Assembly (NCBI GenBank): GCA_002269645.1
Contig: NIVC01001340.1
Coordinates: 248,001-312,000 of the forward strand
Direction of reading: 5' to 3'
From: Macrostomum lignano
Lineage: Eukaryota
DNA length: 64,000 nucleotides
Numbering within the stretch: the first letter of the stretch is position 1; each line of letters begins with the position of its first letter. Position numbers and translations under genes: made by a program. Below the pieces are notes generated by a model that saw only the letters and a program-made list of their open reading frames with translations, was not told the DNA's origin and ran no database searches. Below are positions 1-12,934 of the stretch, one piece after another.

Positions 1-658
1 GTATAAAAAACAACATTTAGTTATAAGTAGGATAATTTAAAAAATATGATTAGTATATTTTTAAGCGGAGGGTTTAAAGATTGTGATGAACAAAGCATAG
101 TCTACATAGGATAGGCAATTAATCAATTATAGTATTGACACGTTTTATTGGCCTAGCTAGTCGTCTGAGTGTGGATGCTTTATATTTGTAATTTTTTTGA
201 TTATATTTTTATTACTTACGAGTCACCACTACATCTTTTCATGGATTTATAAATGGTGAATTTTTATAACTTTTGTTATATTCATTCTTAGTCTTGAAAA
301 AAAATGCTAGACCCCTATAATCTCTTATGTCTAGATCATTTTGATACTAGTGCCTATGATTTCTATTGAGCAAAAAACAAAAAGGAATCAAAAAATAATA
401 ATGGTCTTGGTTCCAGTAATATTTTAGCCCATAGTCCTAAAGGTTACCTGTATGTTAGAAGTAGGAAATTCTAACATCTTTTTGCCTCTCACTGAGAATC
501 TTGTTATATATTTGGGTCTTGGTCTTGGTATATAAAATTTTCAGGTCCAACTCTGGCATACAAAGTGGCCAATTCAATTTTAGGTTTTGTATATAATTGT
601 CATATTCAAGATCATCATATGCAGGTTACAAAAAAAACAACTAAATTATCTGGCACAT

Positions 659-1507
659 GACTAAGACCGCCACACACCAAGACCACCACAGCTATTGCTG
701 GCTTATTGAGGGGGAGCTACCAATCTTCTAGCATTGCTATTCCTCTTATAGGTTCTTTTCTCGCCAGACTCCGGATGGTATACATGTACGCCGAAATTTT
801 CCGGCATACAGAGGGACCTAGAATCTAGATTACACATTGGCGTACAACTTGGTGTACAAAGGGGCCTGGCATGCCCTCTTGGCATACAGCTTGGCGTATA
901 GAGATTGCCAAGACCAGCAGGTGGGACCAAAAGTTCCGAGTCCCAACAATCAATCTACATAATTAGTATACAAAAATGATTAAGTTTGCATTTGGCATAG
1001 TCTCTATGTACATAGTTACAATAGCTAAATTTCATCAAAAAGAATATATCGGGCCCTTTACAAAAAATGGAAAACTAAATTTAAAAAACCGGGTTTAAGT
1101 TTTCCAAGTAAGTAAAAGTAAAACAAAAATAGTTAAAATAAGCTAGTTCTCTACAGTTTAGTAAGAAGATTTTCAGTTTTAACACATAAGTTGTTTGTAT
1201 ATTAAAATTTTTCATGCTTTTAATATTAGTTGTAATTTGTAACTTTTATTTTGGCATATTTTTGTAGGCAATAGAAAGTTCGTTGGCGTACATTGGCGTG
1301 CATGAGCTACAAAAGCAATTTTCGTTCTGGTGTACAGTGGTACACGATCCTGACCCTGGTTTTCTCGTAGCCTTGTCCTGCTGGCTCTCCTACCCATTCA
1401 TCTCCTCTCTTCTAGCACCATCTAATAACACATTAGGCCCAAGTCAATTTTTTCCTTAGGCTTAGCTCTCCCAAGTGTGGCGGTCTTGGTGTGTGGCGGT
1501 CTTGGTC
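659..1507. mobile_element. Putative non-autonomous DNA transposon with about 32-bp terminal inverted repeats
   Basis: gactaagaccgccacacaccaagaccaccaca (659-690) versus tgtggcggtcttggtgtgtggcggtcttggtc (1476-1507), 2 mismatches. Internal repeated TACGCCAA-like motifs. No TSD seen. Confidence 0.55.
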
Positions 1508-1718
1508 CTATACCAATTGTCTAAATCATCATTGTCTCTGCATTTAGACAATGCTGGATTCACTAAATCATCATATTATGTTTCACTGTCTGTGCAAAGA
1601 TCTTAGCTCTCATAGCGGCAACATTTCCTTGTTTGAAAACAATATGAAATATTAAATTACATTTATACTATCTGCTTAAAAGATATAAAGCCTTGGACTA
1701 ATTCCTATAAGTTAATAA

Positions 1719-2425
1719 TCTCTACATATAAAAATCAAAACTCTGTCTGTCTGTGTGTCTGTCTGTCTGTGGACAATTTCGTTTGCTATGGACTCCCAAA
1801 CCACTCAACCAAATGACACCAAACTTTACACCCGCCCTAAACTTACTACAGAGAATGTCTTAGGCTACCTTTAAATTTCCTAAAATTGAGTCTTCCCACC
1901 TAAAAGTTGGATTTTTTGCTCGAGTTGGGATTTTTTGTCAAAATGCACGATTTTTTCACTAAATCATCCATAGCGCCGCTCCACTTCTACCGATTCTCTT
2001 CAAATTTAACACAATCAATCTTCAACTATTTTGACACAATCGTGTAAAATTTCAAATCTCAAAGTTAATCCTGAAAGCTGCTGTGCACTTTTAAAGTTAG
2101 GCTGTTTTTTCAGCATAGCAACCACCCCAACCTCCGCCCACCTGCCTCTCTTTCCCAATCCCGATCTGGGCCCAGATGTGTAAATTGGGTTTCAAAATTG
2201 ACTAACTTTCAGCTGCCAAAAGTTTGCTCCACGTAAAGCGATTGACTTCAAACTTGACACAATTCTTCATTGACTCATTCTCTATCTAAATGTAAAGTTT
2301 CAACTCTGTAACTCAACCGAAAAAGAAACTGTAAGCATGTGAAGTTTGTCTGCTTTTTCTGTTGTTTGTGCCACTCACTCACTCATTCCCCCAGCCCAGA
2401 CGAAGGGTCAGGCGATAGGGCTGAA
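1719..2425 (+). mobile_element. Possible non-autonomous Helitron/Helentron-like element
   Basis: Begins A|TCTCTACATATAAAAATC followed by a (CTGT)n tract, the usual head of such elements. GC-rich hairpin-like sequence near 2390-2425. The 3' end is not resolved. Confidence 0.35.
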
Positions 2426-2495
2426 TGTACATAGCAAATCTACAGTGTTTTAGAATAACTATTTAATAGCCTTCTCTGTACCCCCGCGCGTGGAG

Positions 2496-3360
2496 TAGGG
2501 ATTCCAATCCTGGGATCCCGGGATCCCGGGATTGGAGCCAAAAATCCGGGATTTGAACCCCGGGATTTTTTTGGGGATCGAATCCCAGGATTTTTAATCC
2601 CAGGATTGCAAACATCCGGGATCGGGATCCCGGGATTTCAAGGCCTTAATCCTGGGATTAGTCCGGGATTAGAACAACCTTTTAATGCCTAAATTAGATA
2701 ATTTAAAGTCCAAACGTTTATTTGAATAATAAAACATTTATTTGTTTTTGCTGTTTCTCAATGAAACGTTAAACATTTGCAAAGCTCCTGTCCTAATTGA
2801 GCTAAAAATTGTTAATGTGAACTGTAAATGATGGATAATTTAAACTTTTTTTCGTTTTCCACCACGAGACAAGACTGAGACTCTGAGAGTCGCGAGAACA
2901 TGACTACTGCGTGCGGCACGCCGCACAGTCCATCATGTATTATAATTTAAATTTTAATATTTTGACACTTACCTACAAAGATTTTACTCTTGTTAGTTGT
3001 TACTTAGTCTTGTCCTCGGGCATCTTGAAGTTTAGGTATTTAAAATATTCCAAATTGTGCAAAAATCATGAGATTGCACAGAGACATCTTTCTAGGATAC
3101 AGTAACAAAAGTCAACAATAAAAACTTACAAAATTTAGCTATATACCTAATCTTCAAGAGACCTAGGGATTCCAATCCCGGGATCCCGGGATTGGGCCAA
3201 AAATCCAGGATTTGAATCCCAGGATTTTTTTGGGGATCGAATCCCAGGATTTCAAAAGCACCGGGATTCCGGGATTTTGAATCCCGGGATTTCAACAGCA
3301 TTGGGATTCTGGGACTATTCAATCCCGGGATTGTAAAATGTCAGGATTTTGGAATCCCTA
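2496..3360. mobile_element. hAT-type non-autonomous element (865 bp) with 12-bp TIRs and an 8-bp TSD
   Basis: TIR TAGGGATTCCAA (2496-2507) / TTGGAATCCCTA (3349-3360). Perfect TSD GCGTGGAG at 2488-2495 and 3361-3368. Subterminal CCCGGGAT repeats. Confidence 0.88.
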
Positions 3361-3889
3361 GCGTGGAGAGGCTACGTTTAGCCATGACAGTTTAGTGAGA
3401 AATTCTAACCACTGCCCTCTGTATAGCCTATATGCAGTAGATGGCAATGGCAATTGGCAAATCAAGGCAATCCACTAGCTGGATCCAGCATGGTTTGTAA
3501 AAGCAAAAGATTTATGAAACGGCAATGCATTGCAATGCAGCAAGTCACACCATGGAAATTTAAGGTTTCTCTTAAAGGTAACTTAAAATTTAGATGGCCT
3601 CCTAAGAAATGTGTATTTACTTGTTTGTTAGACTGATGCAGACTGCAATGGAGCTGAAGATTCAGAAGATACACAAATTCTTTTCAGGGCTTGCAAATTG
3701 GCAAGAAAGATGACATGATCAAAGCATGAGAACAGCCATGAGAGTACTACATCCCACAAACTGGCTTTCCAAGCAGGAATGGGCAGACTTACCTCAAAGG
3801 CCAGAAAAGAATCCAGCTTATGGCTGAGGGGCAGTTCAGAGTGGAGAGAAGAAGGAATAGACTACTCGAAAAGAGAGGAGAGGGAATAA

Positions 3890-4745
3890 GATAAAAGATA
3901 AAAGATAAAAGGAGAGATGAGGGAGTGAGGACGATGAGAGGAGAGAGGAGAGAGTAGAGAGGAGCGAGTAGAGAGGAGAGAGTAGAGAGGAGAGAAGAGC
4001 GAGTAGAGAGGAGAGAGGAGCGAGTAGAGAGGAGAGGAGAGAGTAGAGGAGCGAGTAGAGAGGAGAGAGTAGAGGAGTGAGTAGAGAGGAGAGAGCAGAG
4101 GGCTGCAGATGAGAGGAGAGCAGAGAGAAGAGCAGAGAGGAGTTAGTAAAGAGGAGAAAGGAGAGCTGAGAGAGTAAATGGAAGAGAGAAGAGATAAGGT
4201 TGTACAGATGAGAGAGGTGTAAGGAGAGAGGAGAAATGAGAGATGAGAGATAAAGGAGGAGAGTTGAGAGAGAAGAGACGAGACAAGAGAGGGAGAGAGT
4301 ATATATGTAGAAGAGGGAAGAGAAGAGAAGAGAAGAAAGGAGAAAGGAAAGTGAGGAGACAAAAGAGGTAAAAGAAAAGAGTATAGAGGACAGAATGAGA
4401 GAACATTAAGACAGTAAAGATAAAAGATAAAAGAGGGGGGATGAGCTGAGAGCAGAGACGAAAATGAACAGACGAGAGATGGGAGAGTAGAGAGAACAGA
4501 AGAGAGATAAGAGAGAAGAGATTACAGAGACGAGAGGAGAGACAAAGGGAGAGAGAAGTGAGTGAGGCGAGAGGAGAGAAAAGAGGAGAATGGAGGGGAG
4601 AGAGTAGAGAGGAGAAGAAAGATGGGAGAGGAGAGATAAGAGAGAGGGGGAAGCAGAGAGAGAGAGAGAGAGAGGGGGGAAGCAGAGAGAGGGGGGGAAG
4701 CAGAGAGAGAGGGGGGAAGCAAAGAGAAAACAGAAGAGAAGATAG
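3890..4745. repeat. AG-rich low-complexity purine tract
   Basis: Near-continuous GAGA/AGAGG sequence; source of spurious Leu/Ser ORFs. Confidence 0.9.
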
Positions 4746-5388
4746 AAGTTTCAAAGGATCCAAAGGACATAGGGAGAGTCAGAGGCAGAAGCCAGAGTTT
4801 GCCAATACATGTTTTAGAGTCAGACAGACATTAATTGCCTATTTAAAGTAAAAAGCACCCTAGCCAACAATATCAATGTTTGCCTGAAATCCTAATTTTA
4901 CACGAATGTACTCCATTTTGTTTACCTCTATTCCTACTAACTATTAACAAGTTTTTGTTTGAGTAGCTGTGGGCTCAGATTTCAGAATACGAGCTACATG
5001 CAAAAATAGTTCCAGGGATTGGAATTCCCCGGGTTCAAAATCCGCGGGTTTCAACAGCTTGTCTAGCTGAATTTCAAGGTTTAACAAGGAATGAATGATA
5101 GAAAGATTGTGTTGTAATGGTTTGATAACTCTATAACCTGGTGTGGTCGCCAAATATAAGACTCTAGCCGGCCGCTAACTAGAACCTTACATATGATTAA
5201 TAGTAACTCAAACGAGGTAGAATATGCTTGGATGTTATTTACCGATCAACCATATAATTATATTTACTACTGCATTTTCAATGTTTGTATAAATAAGTCA
5301 ATAAGCAAATAAGCAAGCTACAAGCAGAGAGAATAAGTCTGAGACACTACAGTATAACTAAGCTACTCAAATACTCCTATTAATCTAT

Positions 5389-5412
5389 TATATATATATA
5401 TATATATATATA
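5389..5412. repeat. (TA)n microsatellite
   Basis: Direct reading. Confidence 0.9.
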
Positions 5413-7346
5413 AGTTACGCCTATCTACTTGGTCTGAGACCGATACGCTACTGTTCATAAATCTATAGTCATGGCAGTGCTCAGTCTTACCCTCTAGTCA
5501 CAGGTGTCTGCAGAAGCAGTCGTCGCGATTTACAAACTATTTTAAGCAATCCAAAAGTTAATACAAGGCATGTAAAAGAGTGAAAAAGAGTGAGAGAAAG
5601 GTAAAGTTTTAGACATTTAACCCCTCGCTTATTTATAGTAAATTTCCCCAATGAAGTCCCTGTGAAACTGTCTGCATTATTCCGGCCGATTCTCACGGTT
5701 CCCCTCTCTCGTGCGATTTCTGAAATGTCTCTGTTTAAAATGTAGTTGAACCATGCCCCACATAAAGGCATACAACCCCTCTAAAGTGGAAGCAGACTTT
5801 TAGGGCAGCCTACACTCGCCCTTTGCACTGCCGTCCTCGAGCGCTTGTGGCTTTTTGTAAGAGTGCAGCTGTCCACAACTGCTACACTCCACCACACTCT
5901 GATAACAATGCAATTCCCTAATTTCCTAAATCCTAAGTCCTATTCCTAATAGTTCCTACAATAGTCCCTAAATATCAGTTGATTAACATCCTTATATTAA
6001 CTTAGTTTCAATTCCAAGAAATTTGACAAATTCATCATATTCAAATGGTAAAGTCTTATAGATTGGCCAAGTCGTCATCATCATATGACAATTTAGAATA
6101 TTACAATTTTGACCATACCCTATGTCACACTCCAGATCATGTAGTATATGCCCAAAAATTTGGGTGTGCATTGGGCTTACACTTGCATGGCAAAAGTTAG
6201 CCTAGCCATGCACAAATTGGCATACATGACTTAAAAAAATAATGTATATACACACCCAACACCTAGTATACACTTTATAGAATCACATAGACAAGTTTGT
6301 GTTAAATGGAAAATGTTTGAAAGTTTTTAGCTTTCTAGTTTTTAAGCTTATAATAAATCCATATATTGTAAATGGTTTGTCAGTATCTATCTATCTATCT
6401 TTTAAACAATTTTTATTCATATCAATTTTGCATTATAAATAGTATAGACAAAAATAAGCAATCAATGGGTCCTTTATGCAATGTAAAAAAGGTAAAAAGG
6501 TCAAGGTCATTTATTGTAGCAACACTGGCCTAGATTTTAGAGTGTGGATGTGCACTTAATTTTTTTGGTATGCATCTATAATTATTCAATTTTAGTTCAG
6601 GCAGGACTATGGTATACATGGTAAAGCTATTTTATACCAAAAGAAACTTTAAGAATAAACAAAAGCTTGAATAAAAATGTTTTGCAACTTATAAAAAAAA
6701 TGAAAATGAAACAACAATTAATACTTTATTCAGTTAAGTAAAATTCTCTTGTTGCTAAAAGAGTACATTATAAAAGTTGAGGTATAAGCAACTTTTTTGA
6801 CATATTTTTTTAATTTAAATTTATATAGAATAAAAAACTAGAATTTTTATTGCAGCATATGCCTACCAATACTATGAATGAGTTGTACTAGTTATAGAGT
6901 ATTGCTAGACCTAGTAATTCTAATATGGAAAGGATGTTAGTTCTGTCTTTAAAGCTAGGGATCAACTATGATCATTGTCAAGATCATAAAAACCATGATC
7001 ACAAAGAAAAAATTCATATATGGTCTTTTGCCAATCACAATTTGTGAGTTTTTGGAATTAGTCCTTACTTAAGTCATAGCACAACCAAAGCAAACCAAAA
7101 TTGCAACAAATCAGTGCAGATATAACAAAGCGACATAATAAAATATGGTCAAACAATAAACATGATAAAACAAAGCTTAAAAGAAAATTAGACTTGGTAG
7201 TATTAATACTAATAGTTGGATATGTTTAAATTTAATAGTATGTTATAAAAATTCATGGTTACACGTGGTTTTAGGCATAGTCTAGTTCCAATCATACATG
7301 AAAAAATCATAGTTTATCCCTATTTAAAACTTTCTTCATGTTTGGG

Positions 7347-7501
7347 TGCAACCTAGGGATTCACCCAGCTGTTTCTATTGACAACACACACATGTAAGTT
7401 GCTATTGGATGGAATAGTAGTCACATGATTGCTCTTAGCCAATAGTGACTTACATGTGTGTGTTACCAATAGAAATGGCTAAGTGGATTCCTAAGGTTGC
7501 A
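7347..7501 (+). other. 155-nt foldback palindrome / long hairpin
   Basis: Arms pair from TGCAACC/GGTTGCA inward to AGTAGTCA-CA-TGATTGCT, with many G:T pairs. Confidence 0.8.
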
Positions 7502-8472
7502 TATGTATGACTTTTTACTGATTCTACTAAGCTATTGAAGGTATACTTCTCTTGCTTTAAATCATAAATGCTATCACCAAGTTGTTAAAGGGCTAATCAT
7601 TCTGTCTTAGGATCAGAGGGTCATAGCTTACACTCTAGTAGATCTTTCTACCATGTGGTAGATATTCTGCCTTCTAAGGCAATTTCTTAGAGTCTAAATC
7701 TAGAGCTCTCATTCTGAATAGTTTATTCTCCTAATCTCTGGTGCTATTCCTATACCACTATATACTACTCAAAATAAGTAACACAAGAGTAAGCACTAGC
7801 CCTGAGGCTGATTATCAATTTTATCTCAAAATAAGATTGTTAAAAAGATATTAAAAGCTCAATTGATTGAGAAAAGAAAAAATTATCAAACTGAGTTTTA
7901 TTTAATTTAGCTTATAACTTTCTCCTATTTATACTAAAAGTTTTCTTTGCTATTTAAAACAAATTATACAATAAAACTTATAATGTACAAAATACTTTTA
8001 ATATTCATGCTATATATCAAATTGGTGGAAATATAAAAAATGCAGTTTCTAAGAAAACAAATAAAGTCTATTACACTAATTTAATATTAAATTACTATCT
8101 TGATTTATTTTTTTGAATGATAGTGTGATGAAAAAAGTAAAATAGTAATGATAAAAATGGTTAAAATTATATAGAGATTGTTTTAAATATACATTTAACA
8201 ATTACACATTATAATCTAGTCCAAAAAAGTTAGATCAATAATCTTTGTTTTAGAGTTTACTGAAGCTATGCTTATCAATATTTGTACCAATGGAATTTTG
8301 ACTTTTTATAGAACCTTAAACTGTAGCCTAGTCTAATTATAAGCTTATACATTTTAGTGACAATTAGTAGACTTAATTTATCTTGTTTTTATTTAGGTAT
8401 TTATCTTGATTTTACTAATCAAGGCCTTGCTACTTAAATAAATTTTCAGATCCTATATTTCATGCTATTTGT

Positions 8473-11400
8473 ATGCCAGATGTTTTGGGTTTCAGCAGTG
8501 CAATTGCAATATTGATCGTTATATTTGCTTTTGTGCTGGACTCAAAGCAACTCTTGGAAAGTGCAAAGCTAGGTCTAGCTAGCATTGACGGCAAAATGGA
8601 CTCAGCAGTCCTCAATATTTCCAATGCACTGAATGTTAATCTGTCAGTCTGGTATCAGACTGCAGACTGTTATGACTGCCCACTGCTATTTACAAGGCTG
8701 GTGTCACCAATGTCTAGCAGCCTACTGGATGTGCAAACGAACTTCATGTCTCAGCTGATGGTGTCCTATGTAAATACAACTGGCATCAATAGGACTATCT
8801 GCAGGTAAAAATCTGTATAGTGTCATAATTTTGGTTATTATATCCAAAGCTTGGGCCACCACCATGTAGACATACTTTAATTGGCTCTAATATGTCTTCA
8901 ATAACTGCCTATGCATAACCTATACTGCTAATTTAAATATCAACTTTTCAGTAAGGACTTTCGTTTCCACGAGTCGGGCTCCTACGAGTTGAATATTGGG
9001 CCAAGCAACAACTCAGACCTGGGGCCCGACCCGCTCAGCCCTCTCTGCGCGCTGGTGACCCGTTCAGATGGGCCCGACTTTCTGATTCGTGAGATTCGAA
9101 GCTTTTCCGTCAAATTAATTGCTAGTTTTATTCTACTATGGATCTAAAATTCTAGGACACCAAAATCTAATATTCAAATTCCCAACCCTTACATCCAGAC
9201 TCCCAACCCTTACATCCAGACTCCCAACCCTTACATCCAGACTCCCAACCCTTACATCCAGACTCCAAACCCTTACATCCAGACTCCAAACCATAAGATC
9301 CAGACTCCAAACCCTTACATCCAGACTCCAAACCCTTACATCCAGACTCCCAACCCTTACATCCAGACTCCCAACCCTTACATCCAGACTCCCAACCCTT
9401 ACATCCAGACTCCCAACCCTTACATCCAGACTCCCAACCCTTACATCCAGATTCCCAACCCTTACATCCAGACTCCCAACCCTTACATCCAGACTCCCAA
9501 CCCTTACATCCAGACTCCCAACCCTTACATCCAGATTCCCAACCCTTACATCCAGACTCCCAACCCTTACATCCAGATTCCCAACCCTTACATCCAGATT
9601 CCCAACCCTTACATCCAGACTCCAAACCCTTACATCCAGACTCCAAACCCTTACATCCAGACTCCAAACCCTAAGATACAGACTCCAAACCCTAAGATCC
9701 AGACTCCAAACCATAAGATCCAGACTCCAAACCCTAAGATCCAATTCCAAATCCCGAGATCTAGCTCGTATATTCAAATTCCAAACCCTAAGATCCAGAC
9801 TCCAAACCCTAAGATCCAGACTCCATACCCTAAGATCCAGACTCCAAACCCTAAGATCCAGACTCCAAACCGTAAGATCCAGACTCCATACCCTAAGATC
9901 CAGACTCCAAACCCTAAGATCCAATTCCAAATCCTGAGATCTAGCTCGTATATTCAAATTCCAAACCCTAAGATCCAGATTCCAAACCGTAAGATCCAGA
10001 CTCCATACCCTAAGATCCAGACTCCATACCCTAAGATCCAGACTCCAAACCCTAAGATCCAGATTCCAAACCCTATGATCCAGATTCCAAACCCTATGAT
10101 CCAGATTCCAAACCCTAAGCTACGCATCCTAGAAGTCTTGATGTATGAATTGTAGTATTTTTTGTAATTTCAAATGCGAATCTACAGAATCGTAAGATTC
10201 TTAAACAAACCTTGCATAGAACCAATTCAATAAGCTACTCACAGTTTGCAAAATGTGCAACATTGCAGCACTCTATATTTGTCTCAGCGTTATTCTGCTA
10301 TTTTTTCTACTAAGAGCTGCTTTCTACACCATCAGAGAGTGAGTTGCTTTAGTATCCGCTAATTTTAATCAACCTAATATTCTAGTATGCACGTACAGTT
10401 GGGTTACTCATTTCTATTTTTTTTACTATTCAGGTACGACTTTTGGCGTCGTATGCAGGCCGGCTCGCAGGTTGAGTATGTGGCTCAGGTAAAGTTAATA
10501 CCATATAGTTCTGGCACTCCTGACACCCTAGTTCTGGCACTCCTGACACCCGAGTTCTGGCACTCCTGACACCCTAGTTCTGGCACTCATGGCACCCTAG
10601 TTCTGGCACTCCTGACACCCTAGTTCTGGCACTCCTGGCGCCCTAGTTCTGGCACTCCTGACACCCGAGTTCTGGCACTCCTGACACCCGAGTTCTGGCA
10701 CTCCTGACACCCGAGTTCTGGCACTCCTGACACCCGAGTTCTGGCACTCCTGACACCCTAGTTCTGGCACTCCCGACACCCGAGTTCTGGCACTCCTGAC
10801 ACCCTAGTTCTGGCACTCCCGACACCCGAGTTCTGGCACTCCTGACACCCTAGTTCTGGCACTCCTGACACCCTAGTTCTGGCACTCCCGACACCCGAGT
10901 TCTGGCACTCCTGACACCCGAGTTCTGGCACTCCTGACACCCGAGTTCTGGCACTCCTGACACCCTAGTTCTGGCACTCTTGACACCCTAGCTCTGGCAC
11001 TCCTGACGCTTCGAATTTCTGATACCTCGGTTTCCTGATGCCTTTCACACCTGACATCTGACTCTTATTTTCCGCCTACGGGCACCCGGGCAGCTTCAAA
11101 GCGGCATTTTTACCTTTAAAGTGACACCCAAGCATTTTCGAATTCCAGCAAGACCTGGGCAGCGTTGACGCCAACATCAACCAGTCCGACTCGCTGGCAA
11201 TTCACAGCCAGTACCAGCGGGCATCTGGTCAGGGCAGCCAGCAGCAGCAGCAGCCGCAGTCCTCCCAGTCGGCTCATTCTGGCGGCCGTCGGCCTGGCCG
11301 GCTCCGCTGTCTTGACACTTTCCGCGGCCTGTGCCTTGTCGTGATGGTGTTCGTTAATTACGGCGGCGGCGGGTATTGGTTCTTTCAGCATAGCACCTGG

Positions 11401-12887
11401 AATGGGCTGACTGTGGCTGACCTGGTCTTTCCCTGGTTAGTAACTGGGGTTAGTCCCCATCGGGTACTGACATTTGGGATCGGAGATCTGGGATCAGAGA
11501 TATGGGATCTGGGATCTGGGATCTGGGATCTAGGATCTGGGATCTAGGATCTGGGATCTAGGATCTGGGATCTAGGATCTGGGATCTAGGATCTGGGATC
11601 TAGGATCTGGGATCTAGGATCTGGGATCTAGGATCTGGGATCTAGGATCTGGGATCTAGGATCTGGGATCTAGGATCTGGGATCTAGGATCTGGGATCTA
11701 GGATCTGGGATCTAGGATCTGGGATCTAGGATCTGGGATCTAGGATCTGGGATCTAGGATCTGGGATCTAGGATCTGGGATCTAGGATCTGGGATCTAGG
11801 ATCTGGGATCTAGGATCTGGGATCTAGGATCTGGGATCTAGGATCTGGGATCTAGGATCTGGGATCTGGGATCTAGGATCTGGGATCTAGGATCTGGGAT
11901 CTGGGATCTGGGATCTAGGATCTCAGATCTGGGATCTAGGATCTGGGATCTGGGATCTAGGATCTGGGATCTAGGATCTAGGATCTGGGATCTAGGATCT
12001 AGGATCTGGGATCTAGGATCTGGGATCTAGGATCTGGGATCTAGGATCTGGGATCTAGGATCTGGGATCTAGGATCTGGGATCTAGGATCTGGGATCTAG
12101 GATCTGGGATCTAGGATCTGGGATCTAGGATCTGGGATCTAGGATCTGGGATCTAGGATCTGGGATCTAGGATCTGGGATCTAGGATCTGGGATCCGGGA
12201 TCTGGGTTCAGAGATCTGGGATCGGAGATCTGGGATCAGAGATCTGGGATCAGAGATCTGGGATCGGAGATCTGGGATCGGAGATCTGGGATCGGAGATC
12301 TGGGATCGGAGATCTGGGATCGGAGATCTGGGATCGGATATCTGGGATAGGAGATCTAGGGTCTGACAGTTGCAGTGCACAGACTGTTTTTTAATCGGAT
12401 CAATTCAGGTTCGTGTTCATCATGGGCACCGCTATAGGCTACACATTGCGCCGTAGTCTGAGACGCGGCGCCAGCAAGCGCGACGCCTTCTTGTCTGTGT
12501 GCCGCCGAAGCGCCCTCCTGTTCGCGCTGGGAGTCTGCCTGACATCGCGAAGTGAGCACTAAGCAGAGCCTCTCTTTCAAAACTTCAATCCGAGTTTCCA
12601 AACTGAAAAATCCTAATTCAATCCTGAGCAATCCTGAGAAATCTGCAGCTCAATCTGTAATACAAATCAAACGTCAAACGAATTTACGCCAAAAAAACAT
12701 TTTCAGACGTCCCACTCGATCAGCTGCGCATTCCTGGCGTTCTGCAACGCCTGGCTGTCGCCTATTTCTGTGTTGCTACCGTGGAGATCGCCCTGGTCAG
12801 GGCCGGCCAGCCGGAGGTGAGGCTGTCTGCCTGTCTGTCTGCCTGTCTGTCTGTCTGTCTGTCTGTCTGTCTGCCTGCCTGCCTGCC

Positions 12888-12934
<47 letters not shown>

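Noticed and set aside
703-1397. Short minus-strand ORFs (75 and 61 aa), with an end vaguely like a retroelement YRRN motif
   Set aside because: They lie inside a TIR element, are built from repeated nucleotide motifs, and show no recognisable domain.
3780-3830. Perfect minus-strand donor GAG|GTAAGT near 3795 with a tiny possible exon
   Set aside because: No connectable coding exons were found nearby; an isolated motif is not enough.
9119-9957. ORFs of 7-aa repeats on both strands; CCCTAA telomere-like hexamers
   Set aside because: This is the 21-bp minisatellite. CCCTAA occurs once per unit rather than as tandem hexamers, so it is not an interstitial telomere.
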